A stretch of DNA of 64,000 nt from Eledone cirrhosa (taxonomy: Eukaryota): contig OZ024749.1 of assembly GCA_964016885.1 (NCBI GenBank), forward strand, positions 35,898,001-35,962,000, read 5' to 3'. The notes under the pieces are model-generated. The model did not search any database and was not told the DNA's origin. It was given only the letters and a program-made list of their open reading frames with translations. Shown here piece by piece: positions 13,891 to 25,290 of this stretch (positions are counted from its first letter, which is position 1; each line of letters opens with the position of its first letter). Both the position numbers and the translations under genes were made by a program.

Positions 13891-14156
13891 AGGAATCAAA
13901 CCACCTTATCTCCCAGATACCAGCTAGGTGTTTTTAACTATTAAGAACTATATATTGCTAATGTAATGTAAGTAATATTTTAATGTTCCACTTCATTATA
14001 TGTTTTTTATGCAAGATATTAATAATGTACCTATAACAATATCTGTACATTGTATCTATAATAGTATCTACACTTTACTTTCCTTTACATATGGAGTACT
14101 AAATTGGATAATAGCCTCACATATCTTAACTAGTAACACCTGATCTATATACATAC

Positions 14157-14208
<52 letters not shown>

Positions 14209-14832
14209 TGTGTGTATGAGACATTATTTTCTACAAAATTCAATAAACTTACTTACTGAAAATGTATCATGTTTTTAAATAACTTTTTTTTGCTTAATTT
14301 AGGAATATTATAGTTTTATATAAGATTACATAGAAAAAATTAACTGGAAATAAATAAAATTGAAAATATAAAATATATCAAAATACACAACCCATGCCAG
14401 TATGGAAAAATGGGCGTAAAAATGATGATGGTGATGACAGAAAAATGATTTAAGAGTAGGAAAATTATTAACAAGATTTATATACAATACATGTATATAT
14501 GTGTGTACGTGGGTGTTTATATATATATATATATATATGTATGTATAGTCCACACTGTAAAGTGGTCATGTGGGTGTCAAGACAAAAAGCACCCAGTATA
14601 CACTGTAAATATGGTTGGAGTTAGGAAGTGCATCCAGCAGTAGAAACCAAGGCAAAATCAGTTCTGTGAGAGCAACGGGACAGCTTCTTTTTCTCTCTCC
14701 ATCCCTCTCAATATATATGTATGCATGTCTATCGTCTTTTTACGTCGGTTTGTCCAGGCTTGCACAGGTTGGACAGGTCTTTTTCAGCACACAATCTCTG
14801 TATTTGATGCATAGTTTTGTACCTATCGAATT

Positions 14833-14886
<54 letters not shown>

Positions 14887-15081
14887 AATTCAATAGATAC
14901 AAAACTAAATAGTAATAATAAATGTGAAGACTAAATTCCGAAGAGGGTTGGATAAAGATTATATAAAAAGTTGTTACTTAAAAACATAATACATTTTCAG
15001 TGAGTAAGTTTATTGAATTTTGTAGAAAATAATGTCTCACACATACACACATATATATATAGAATGTATATACATATGTAT

Positions 15082-15121
<40 letters not shown>

Positions 15122-15236
15122 TGTGGTAAGGAACCAGATGGACCATAACGTACCAGAGTACTCAATACTTAGGGTAATAGGAGAATGTATAACCCTGACG
15201 ACAGAGCTCAAGCCGTTTCAAGCTATTTCTGGACTA

Positions 15237-15272
<36 letters not shown>

Positions 15273-15316
15273 TATTCAAAATATTAATAAATGAAAAATA
15301 TTCTCATAATCAAAAT

Positions 15317-15385
15317 ATATATTTTATTATACATATTTCAAAGGTACAATGGTGTTAAAGTACGTTTTCATCAGATAAAATATAT
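15317..15385 (-). ncRNA. Type I hammerhead ribozyme in the 3' pLTR of the Penelope-like element
   Basis: Minus strand reads atatattttat CTGATGA aaacgtac-loop-gtaccttt GAAA tatgta TA ataaaatatat. It has an 11-bp stem I, an intact core, and the same sense as the RT ORF. Confidence 0.88.
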
Positions 15386-16659
15386 AAGAGATTGGATATG
15401 CGACATACCGCTACGGTTTTAATTATTCAATTCCAATAGTGGCAATTATTTATTTCACCAACCCTCAACGTTTTTATACCACAAATAATATGATAAACTT
15501 AGAGAAGAAGAGGACGTAGAGCAAGGTAGAAATATAGAAGAGAAGTTGAGATGGGAGATGTGAAGAAAAAGAAGGGAAATAAACAAATAAATATATAAAT
15601 AAATAAATAAATGAATAAAAGAAGAAAAAGAGATGTAGAGAGAGAGAAAGGGGAATAAAAACAGAAGGGAATATGCGGGAAGAAGGGAATAAAGAAAAAC
15701 GAAGAAGAGGAAAAGGAAAGGAGAAAATAGAGAGGAGAATAAAAAAACCGTTGTATTTCAAATGCTAGACAAAATTAGAATACCGCTTCTATTGGATTAC
15801 GCTTTAGTTAATTATAAGTTTATATTATATCCAGATTATTAGGCATAGATTACTTTCTAAACATTTAAGTTAATTACAAATTTATATGTTTAAATTAATT
15901 TAATTTAATTTAATTTAGCTCATTCTAGATTATTATAATTTTTTACTATACGGTAAGATATTCTGTTAATATTATACTACAACTTTAAAAGAATTTATCT
16001 TTAATGCTTAATTAAATATATATTAAAATATAATAAAATGCATATATCCCAATCAATATATATAATATATTTTGTTCATTTATTATCTAAATTAATTTAA
16101 AATTTAAAGATTCACTTTTTGTGAAACTTCGTTATTTTTTAATTTTCATTTATTTCTTAGAATCCAACTGTGGTTATATTTACTCTCCATAAATTTCATT
16201 TCATTTAATGAATGGTTATATTTACTTCTATATTTAATTATTCTGATATATATAGTTTACTTTTAATGATAGTCTATGTGTTGTTAAACTATTAATCATT
16301 ATTAATCCATATTTTATATTTTATATATGTTTTTCAAGCTAATCAAACAAATTTTTTTCGGACAATGTAAACAAAAGGAAGATAACTAATTTACAATGTA
16401 AAAGCATTTTTTAACCTATAGGGAATCTCTTCTCTCACGCCCAGAAATATTTTAGGAACCTTAAACTATTTATTGTATATATCTTAATTGATGTCTCATT
16501 AAATATTGAACTATCCTAATCAAATCATAGGATAACAAATCTCTCAATGAGGTTATTCTATTACATCTATAAATTATTACTTCAATTAGGCAAAATTTAC
16601 ATATATTTAAGTTGTTATTTGTCCTTATTTTTTTGGAATTGGTACATTGCCTGGAAAGT

Positions 16660-17070
16660 TTTACCAACTTTATGATGACAACTACTAAATAATTTATTTT
16701 TTTTATTAAATTGTCATAGCTTGTGATTATGTGAAGAATCTCTTCATTGCAAAGATGGCAAAGTTCTGAGATTGCTGAGTTCCGGTAGCATACCGTAATT
16801 TCCTTCAAGAGATGGAGTATTTAATGTTATTGTCCTTTAAAGACCATACTAATTGTGAAAGTGAAGTTGAAAATGTTTTTTTTTATCCGGTCTATTAAAA
16901 GTATGTCTGTGATTATACCAACGTTCCTTAAATTTAGATGAAGTGGCACCTATGTAGTTATATATATTATTATTTGCCTTAATGGTACATTTACATACAA
17001 GATTTTTATCAAGGCAATTATTTTGTAAAGGGCATTCAAACCTATTTCTACAATTACATTTATTCTCATT
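16660..17070 (-). pseudogene. GIY-YIG endonuclease domain with Cys/His motifs (frameshifted)
   Basis: KCNCRNRFECPLQNNCLDKNLVCKC...YNYIGATSSKFKERWYNHRHTF, then STSLSQLVWSLK and LCHLCNEE in shifted frames. Confidence 0.85.
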
Positions 17071-17272
17071 GTTATTTACAGACATTATGCTATTCTCATT
17101 GCTATTTAAAGGCGTTATACTATTATTCGTGTTTAGACTATTCTTATTGTTATTCCTATTAATTAATATATTATTATTATTATTGCTTATTAGAGGTTGG
17201 TTTGATTTTAGATTCTTATTATTTATTTTTGCTATATTTTGATCAATATTCATAGTAGTTGAGTAAGAGAGT

Positions 17273-18800
17273 TTAACTGTGTCTATTGAAGATATGGTAA
17301 TATTTATGTGATCTAGGGAAGCATTTATCCAAAGCTTTAAAAAATAAATGTACTACAGCGCAAAAATGTGCTTGCGGCGCATACCAAATTATAGATCTAG
17401 TTCTTACTTTTTTCTTCGATTTATTCATCCAGTTGTTTTTATATTCATTTTTATGATGATTATTATGATTATAATTAATTTTATTTTGATGGATTTCAGT
17501 ATTTTTATCTATATACTCAATGTTATTGTTATATCCAGCTTTATGTAACACTTCATTATAATATATAGCCTTACTAATAAATATGGATCTATTAGCAAAG
17601 AGCCTGGATATTCGTTGTTGTACACTGTTGACTATCGCATTCTTAATGCTTTTAGGATAATTAGAATAAAAACTAACATAATTTAAGTTCTCGTTGACTT
17701 TGTGGAAAGGGTAATAAAGGCCTGAGTTTAGATTTAGAGTCACATCCAAAAAATTAACTATTTTATTATTATTTTCTATTTCTAATTTCAGGTCATAATT
17801 TTTAAAAAATTCTATAATTGCTTTCTTTACTCTATTTAATTCCCTATTGTTATGTTTTTCTACAATAAATAGTATGTCGTCCCTATATAAACCTCCGGTA
17901 ATCTCTGGCAATTTTCTATTTATCATGTTAATATAAGGATAAAAATGACCACTAGATCTGTGCCCTGAGCTGAGTCCGAAGAACCCATCGTAATGTCAAA
18001 ATTCTTTGGTCTATCAGCCCTAGCCCAAAGATCATTATCGGTAGAGGGTCGGACGCCATGCTTTGACGTATAGAGTTACGGCCCTTGCTATTCTGAGTTC
18101 AAATCCCGCCGAAGTTAACTTTGCCTTTCATCCTTACGGGGTCGATAAAATAAAGTACCAGTAATGCACTGGGTAGTTGCTGGCCTTGTGCCAAACGTAG
18201 AAACAATTATTAAAATCAATCAAAGTTCGCCTTGCTGTTAATATAATATTCATCTCCTCACTAGATAGGTCTGTGTGTTTGTATGCATATGATAGCGCCT
18301 TATTTAATAGATTGGGAGTTATCGAGGAATAATAACTGGCTATATCCATTTGAATAAACTTATAATTATTTTTATGTTTAATATTTATGAACCAATCTAT
18401 AACTTCACTTGTACCTTTCCATAGATTTAGTTGTGATTTCAATTTAAGTGTTGGTATAATCCTATCTATTATATTCTTGCTAATGATTCCTAGATCGGAT
18501 TTAGAAGGTGCTATGAGTCTTACTAGTAAATCTTCCTGAGAGTTTTTTTTTTATGGTCTTTCATATTAATTCTTGGCTGTTTTGGTATGAAAGGTTCTGT
18601 TTTACGCTCAATTCCTAGGTTGATAATAATTTTGTATGCCTCCTTATTTATGTCCGATAAATCCTCGCTTGAGGCCTTTTTATAGTTTTTCCTCAGTTCA
18701 TTTAAAATTAAATTATTGTATTTTACTCTTTCCATCCCATATAGGTTATCGTTTTATCCGATTTAACTAATATCTAATTTGTTTTTTGCATGTCAATAAT
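17273..18800 (-). pseudogene. Penelope-type reverse transcriptase domain (frameshifted, SINE-interrupted)
   Basis: ORF pieces 18523-18735, 18134-18442 and 17273-17926 carry RT motifs including YRDD. Removing the SINE at 18039-18209 joins TLIDFNN to DLWARADRPKNFDITMGS. Confidence 0.9.
18039..18209 (+). mobile_element. 5'-truncated tRNA-derived SINE inserted in the Penelope RT
   Basis: Matches the array units at 5625-6815. Short attat duplication at the flanks, and the RT frame resumes across it. Confidence 0.85.
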
Positions 18801-19407
18801 TTTATCTTTTAGGCCTCTGAGGTATTCCTGGCCTCTATATGTTTTTTTTTTAAATTTAATGTTCCGTATTATATTTATAATTTCATTTTCAAAATTAGCC
18901 AGGAGTTTGTAATATGGAGGATTCTTTCTAGATCAAAATTATGATTGGTGTTTTTCTTATCAATTTTTTCCTTTTTTTCGAAGTGGAAAGCATGCCACCG
19001 CAGTCTTCTTATGAAAGAGTTGGATTTCTCAATAAGCTGTCTCATATATTCATCATTTGAGGGATGTAGAAATCCTGAAAAATTCCATCGTTTATTTAGA
19101 ATCTATTGTAGAAGAAGCGCTCTACCTTCGGGGAGCAAAGTATGACCAAAGTTTATATTATTCAATATATATATATATATATGCGTATAAAAACGAGGAC
19201 TCTGCCCTTAAAAATAAATTGTATCCATTGTTCCAATGCTAGGAATAATTACTTATTCAATAATTTCTCTTCTTTTATTATTCATAGTTCAATATTAAAA
19301 GAGACAATCAAACAATTTCCGACATAAATGTACAGTATAGAAAATATATTTTTAAAAAGAAATATTCTATCGTCTGCTATTGAACGAGATGTCTGCTTTT
19401 GAGGCAG

Positions 19408-19448
19408 TGCGCATGCTCAGAAATAAATTCTGCTGGCTACTTCCGGTG
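19408..19448 (+). promoter_or_regulatory. Housekeeping-type promoter with NRF1-like and ETS/GABP-like sites
   Basis: TGCGCATGCTCA at 19408-19419 (one mismatch from the NRF1 palindrome) and ACTTCCGGTG at 19439-19448, in a local CpG-containing island just before a GTGAGT donor. Confidence 0.7.
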
Positions 19449-19471
19449 TCGCCGCTGTTGTCGTCCATGTG
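19440..19471 (+). other. Candidate 5' UTR first exon (start approximate) ending at donor TG|GTGAGT
   Basis: Consensus donor GTGAGT at 19472-19477 right after the promoter motifs. Contains ATG at 19467. Linkage to the exon at 53110 is inferred. Confidence 0.55.
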
Positions 19472-19992
19472 GTGAGTGCGTGTTTTGTTGTTAATTGTAG
19501 TTGTTGTTGGGTCTCTTTTAAATAAATGTATCCATTTATCTAAATGTGTGTGACGGGAGTGTCTATATTATTCTTGTTAGATATTGTAGTAAATAAGACA
19601 TGTATGTTAGCCGAAACTCCCTAGTTTCTATTAAATCACATTTTATTCACCTTCAATTCTATATATTTACGTACAAAGAGAGAGAGAATGAAAAAAAAAT
19701 TAAATATAGACAGGGAAAAAACTCTACACCCTTAGCAGGACGGTATATCTCAGCTGCGATAATATATATATATATATATACACAAACACCGGTGTAGGTA
19801 CAAACGAAAGAAAAGAGCAATCAACACATCAGACAATAACATATATATATATTTAAACTCTACTTCGGTATTGAGTACTCTTTTTTCTCAGCCGTCAACT
19901 ACATACGGATATATATATGTACATATAGAGAGATATATAGATATATAGAATGAGAGAGCTTAACCATTTCACCTTGATAAATATCCTTGAAA

Positions 19993-20301
19993 TTATACAC
20001 TTAGTTTCCGTCACACACATATGTGTGTGTGTGACGGAACTAAGTGTATAATGTGTGCGAAATCCGATTTTAACCATCGTGTTAATAATTCTACCTATTT
20101 AATACATTTTCCTAGTAACGTTTGTCTATAAACACACACACACATACATATGTGTGTGTGTGTGTTTATAGACAAACGTTACTAGGAAAATGTATTAAAT
20201 AGGTAGAATGTGTGTGTGTGTTTATAGACAAACGTTACTAGGAAAATGTATTAAATAGGTAGAATTATTAACACGATGGTTAAAATCGGATTTCGCACAC
20301 A
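19993..20301. repeat. Two abutting palindromes with an internal tandem duplication
   Basis: 19993-20051 is a fold-back around (CA)/(TG). 20051-20301 is a longer fold-back whose right arm contains gtgtttatagacaaacgttactaggaaaatgtattaaataggtagaat twice. Confidence 0.9.
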
Positions 20302-20589
20302 CACATAGTAGAGCGATGTTAAGTTAAGTTAGTGTTTGTGTGCGTGTGTTTGCGTTTGTCATCATTATTATCAATTTATGTCCGTGTTTCCATGCTAGCA
20401 CAGGTTGGAAAGGTCGTTACTGATCAAGTCAGGGTTAAATATTTTAGCTCGCAAAATAAGTGATGGTAATTTATTGGAGCAACCGGAATATGAATAATAA
20501 ATATAAATATATACACACATACATTTTTATTTATTATATTTAAATCCAACGTATAAGTTATATATAAGTTCTGTAACGCCAATAAATTA

Positions 20590-21700
20590 CTTTCACTTGT
20601 TTTGCGGCCCTCCTCAAACTCCTCCTGTCGCTGCGCAGTGCATCTTGTCCCCTATCGCAAATCGTCTCGTCCAGCTCGATGCCACCTTCCTATGCTGCGC
20701 AAAACTTAGACGGTGCAGGTTGGCAACCGCTTAAACTCCTGACCTGGCATTGCCGGCCTATATTTCCTCAATCTTCTCCCTCATCAGCGAAGTCTTCCGT
20801 AAGACGGCAGAACCTTATGTGGCCTGGGAACTGGCCAGATGGGCTGATGGAGGCCGTATTGTCTCCCAGTATACAAATGCCCAACGTAATTAGGGCCACA
20901 TCAAGTGCAGGTCTACCTTCACATGGATCAAGTATTCCTTGGATCAACGCAGTCTTGCCTGCCTCTATTCCACCATGCTACTAAACAGTGGCAGGTGACC
21001 CAGCACTTCAGCTCCCATATCTGAGCTACACAAATGCCATTGTAGAGCTGTTGTTGATGAGTTTAGTCTGCACTCACTATCATGCTGCCATAACGCAGGT
21101 CAGTCTCCTGACCTGCCGCTCTGAAGCAGCCAACTTCCTGTCACAGCTGGAGCTAACCGGCCTTGACCATGGTGATGGTAAACGCCCTGATTCCCATTCA
21201 AGGGTGGTAAATCCTTAATCTGGGATGCAATATGTTGTGACTTGTTATCTGCCTCCAACTGTGTTGCTGTGGTTGCAAACCCTAGCACTGTTGCCCACAA
21301 TGCAGAGGAGACATACATAACTAAATGCTGGGGCTTGACTGATAGCTTCCTTTTTATATTGGTCACTGTCGAGACCTCAGAATTTCTCAGTTCTCACATT
21401 GTTGATTTCCTCCATAAAATTGAAAAGACAGCAGCTCACCTGAGGAAGGAGCACCGTGAGATGTGGTGGCTGTTGCAGTGGGTGTCATTGGACATTCTCT
21501 GTGGCAATGTCTTTCCCACTTTGTCCTTCGGGTGCAACTGAAACACCACTCAGACGGGTGTAGAGGCTATTGCTCCCTGACCCTCTCCTTTTCTTCTGTT
21601 GTTTAATTCTTTTTTCTTTTTTGTTTCTTTCTTGTCATGTATATTGAACAGTTATCATATTTTCTATATAATTCAATTGAAATAAAACTAATAATAAATA
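20590..21700 (+). mobile_element. CRE-clade non-LTR retrotransposon 3' fragment (zinc knuckle + restriction-like endonuclease)
   Basis: Frameshifted peptides KCHCRAVVDEFSLHSLSC (CCHC), GDGKRPD, WD...AEE..TK, F..VTVET and LLQWVSLDILCGN are the CRE-type RLE signature. A-rich tail runs into (TA)n. Confidence 0.8.
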
Positions 21701-21729
21701 AATATATATATATATATATATATATATCA

Positions 21730-21995
21730 TCATTTCATTTTACGTCCGTTTTTTCCCTCATTGCAAGGGTGAGACGGGAACTGATTCTGGCTTGATTTCT
21801 ACAGCTGGATGCCCTTCCTAACACCAACCTCATTTACAGTGAGTGCTGGGTGCTTTTTTGCCGTGGCACCTCCACGACCACTTTGCAGTGGAATGATAGA
21901 GACCCCAATCCCTATCATCTCATTTCTACAGCTGAGTAAACTGGAGCAATGTGAAATAAAGTGTCTTGCTCAAGGAAACAACACCTCACCCGGTC
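21730..21995 (-). mobile_element. CORE-type SINE with RTE tail, head truncated
   Basis: Near-identical to about 950-1210. Confidence 0.85.
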
Positions 21996-22162
21996 ATATA
22001 TATATATATATATATATATGAAATGAAGTATTTCTATCGGAAAGGTACAGGAAAAAAGAGTGCTCTATGTAGGCTACAGAGCTTATTAGTTATGTAATAA
22101 ACAACATAAGATAATTATTTCATTTCAAATCCATATTTAATAAAAACACCATGTTATTTATA

Positions 22163-22217
22163 CATTCTGACGACTGAAGACAGACAACATCTACCTTCAA
22201 GAAACCACTGGTAAATG
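22163..22217 (+). ncRNA. Type I hammerhead ribozyme motif (second family)
   Basis: catt CTGACGA ctgaag...cttcaa GAAA ccactgg TA aatg: 4-bp stem I (extendable), 5-bp stem II, near-palindromic stem III and a GUA triplet. Enclosed by a 19-bp inverted repeat (about 22107-22125 / 22213-22231). Confidence 0.7.
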
Positions 22218-22569
22218 AAATAATTATCTTATATATATATAATTATAAGTTTGAAGAACAGTTAGATAAAATTTACCCAGTTTTTCTTCTTAGTCTGTAG
22301 AAATTAACTAGATAAATAATCATTTAAACGGAGCTAAGTTTAAAATGTAACTTTGAAGAAATAACAGATAAATGTTATCGATATTCCTTTATGAGGAACA
22401 GTCAGATAAAATTTACCTAATCTTTCCTCTTACTCCGTAGAAATTAACTAGGCAAATAATCATTTAAACGTGCTAAGTTTAAAATGTAAGTTTGAACACA
22501 AAATAAACGCTGCCAAAAATTCCCCCCTCTCTCTCTATATATATATATATTTATATATATTTATATTCT

Positions 22570-23892
22570 AGTTTATGTGGAACAAGCTAGTGGTACCACA
22601 AGTATATAATTAACATGGAAGCATGGCCTAGAATCAAAAGGCCTTAAAGTTAACTTGTCTAAGACTAAAGTTCTTGTTTGTAGGAAGGAAAATAGGGCAC
22701 CGGTCCCATCCGGGAAATGGCCATGCTCAGTGTGTAGGAAAGGAGTAGGCAGAAACTCCATTTTATGTCCCAAATGCAAAGTATGGGTGCATAAAAGATG
22801 TAGTGGGATCACAGGTAAGCAAACTAAGAATATAGATTTTATATGTGGCCGGTGCTCTGGTATAATAAGTAGCAGCAAGTGCCCACAGAATACTAGCTCA
22901 TTCCATTGCACAGATGGTTCTATAGAAATAGTGGACACCTTCCGTTACCTGGGTGACAAAATCAGCAGTGGGGGAGGGTGCTCTGAAAGTACAGTAGCTA
23001 GAGTCAGAACGGGATGGAAAAGGTTCAGAGAGCTTATACCATTATTGGCCGCTAAAGGGTTCTCTCTAAAAATGAAAGGCAGGCTGTATGATGCCTGCAT
23101 ACGAACAGCAATGTTACATGGCAGTGAGACCTGGGCATTGTGTGCAGAGGATATACGCAGACTGGAGAGGAACGAAGCTTGCATGCTCTGCTGGATGTGT
23201 AATAGTAATATACGTGAACGGCAAAGCATAAACGAACTAAGGGAGAAATTAGGAATAAGAGGGATCAGATATTGTTTACTCGAGAGAAGACTACGTTGGT
23301 ACGGTCACGTGATGCGCATGAAAGACGACAGCTGTATAAAAAAAGTGCAGGGCGATAAAAATAGACGGTAGCCACGGAGTAGGCAAACCCAGAAAAACCT
23401 GGGACGACTTGATAAATTCCGACCTCACACACTTACACCTCTCCAAGACAATGTCACTGGACCGAGATCTTTGGCGCTACACAGTAATACAGAAGACCCG
23501 CCTTGCCTAAGTACAAAGCGAAACCTACAGTCAGTAGGCACCTCTAACAAAAATACACCCCTGTCCCACTACCCCCCACCCCATCCACACCACACCCTTC
23601 AATGTTGGTACCACAACATCCAGTCCGAAACAAATGAGGTCGTGTAGGTATCACGACAAAAAAAACAAAAACACACAGTCCACGCTGTAATGTGGCCGTG
23701 TAGGTAACACGGTAAAAACCTCCCAGTCCACACTGTAAACGTGGTTGGTGTTAGGCAGGGCTTCCAGCCCTAGAAAACCTGCCAGTCCTATACGAGCAGG
23801 ACAACCAATCTTGCCTCAAGTGGGAAAACTCCCGTCCAAACCCATGCAAGCGTGGAAGATGGACGTTAAACGATGATGATGATGATGATGAT
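22570..23892 (+). mobile_element. 5'-truncated RTE-clade LINE (RT C-terminus, Cys-rich insert, 3' UTR, (GAT)n tail)
   Basis: ORF 22655-23371: KTKVL, KWPCSVCRKGVGRNSILCPKCKVWVHKRC, FRYLG, MLHGSETWAL, RRLRWYGHVMR. Frameshift before the GKPRKTW motif. Confidence 0.92.
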
Positions 23893-24709
23893 AACAAAAG
23901 TGATAGTGCTGGTGTTACAATAAAATGCACCTAGTACAGTCTATAAAATGATAGTGCTGCTGCCATGATAAAATACACATAGTACACTCTATAAAGTGGT
24001 GATGCTGGTGCCACCAAGAAATGTAGCCAGTACAGTAGTTGGCATCCAACTATAGAAACAATGCCAAACTGAAGTGTATGAGTAGGACATAGTCATCTGA
24101 CCTGTCTGGAAAATGGACATTAAACAATGATGATGATGATGATATCCTGAGCTATGGACAACAGAATGAAAACATTAATATATGAAGTAAATATTGTCTG
24201 ACATCTTGTCAATGTCTTTAACTTAATCTCTTTCTGAATCTTTAATCGACAATCTATTCCTAGTTTTACTGCCTCTTTTATAAATTATATATTACTTCCT
24301 TCGTGTTCCCCTCATCTTGTTCTCTTCAACTGGATTTTTTTGGTTGTGGTATTTGATTTTTCTTTTTACATTTATTGTAACATTCACTTATCATTCCCCC
24401 TCATTGTAGTTTAACCCCTTTGTTACCGTACCCCTAATAAAAGACACTGCCTATCCAAATAATTTTGAAAGTAAGTCAAGAGTGATTGGGTAATATAGCT
24501 AACATTCTCATAACAAAAGTTTTTACATAAATTTACATACTCTATTTCTAATGAAAGACACTGCCTACGGTTTTCAAATAATTTCAGAGTAAGTCAAGAA
24601 TTTGGAATGATTTAGTAATATAGCTAACTTTCTCATTATTAAGTTGGTATTTGAAACAACCCAAGAAAGGTTCTTACATAAAATTATGATGGAAAGTTTT
24701 AGATAAATA

Positions 24710-24979
24710 CTAGCAGAATGGCCTGGCATTGCTCGGGATTTGCTCTATATATTTATCCTTATCGAGCCTCGTGAAATAAATACGTTTGTTTATATTTTGT
24801 TATTGTGTATGCAAAAATATCTGTACACGAATATATAATTAATTATTTTTTATATATATATATTAAAATAACAGATTAAAGTTTAAGCAAAGTATTGCTC
24901 TTTCGCCCTTAACGGCATCTTCTGAAACTAAAAAAATCAATCTGTGAACGCAGAAGTAAATATTTCGAAAAATGTTACA

Positions 24980-25019
<40 letters not shown>

Positions 25020-25290
25020 TATATATACATATATACACACACACACACAGATAGCATCATAATGTTGTAATGCAGACAGCTAGACATACATACAGATATT
25101 ATAAGGGCACGACGCTCGGCGCCTGATGCAGTCCCTAGGGCATTGAACATTTTGAAATAATTTTTGCTCAAAACACTCACACAACCATAAGTATTACATG
25201 TGTAAAGTTTGAAAAAAATTTGATTGGGTGGTTCTCGAGTTTTAGGGAGTCAGATAGGCAGACAGACATTCTCTGTTTTAGATATATAGA
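24710..25290 (-). mobile_element. Non-autonomous Helitron
   Basis: Minus strand begins TC (A|TCTATATATC) with (TCTG)n near the 5' end, and ends with a subterminal hairpin and CTAG|T. The paralogous empty site gataaata|taaacac at about 60757-60771 shows insertion at A|T with no TSD. Confidence 0.85.

Larger units (their letters stand above)
15268..19166 (-). mobile_element. Near full-length decayed Penelope-like element, Naiad-type (RT + C-terminal GIY-YIG)
   Basis: Motifs in minus-strand order: N-terminal YMRQLIEKSNSFIRRLRWHAFHF, KSDKT, FIQMDIASYYSSI, FDITMGS, GLYRDDIL, VNFLDVTLNL, CNCR..CPL..CL, YIGATSSKFKERWYNH, CHLCNEE, SCHH. Multiple frameshifts and stops. An 11-nt direct repeat (atattattcaa) lies at both ends, each next to (TA)n. 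Confidence 0.9.

Noticed and set aside
16660-17070. Selenoprotein-type Naiad (in-frame TGA as Sec)
   Set aside because: The conserved Cys positions I read use TGT/TGC. The TGA near 16805 falls where Trp is expected, in an already frameshifted copy. No SECIS was recognised.
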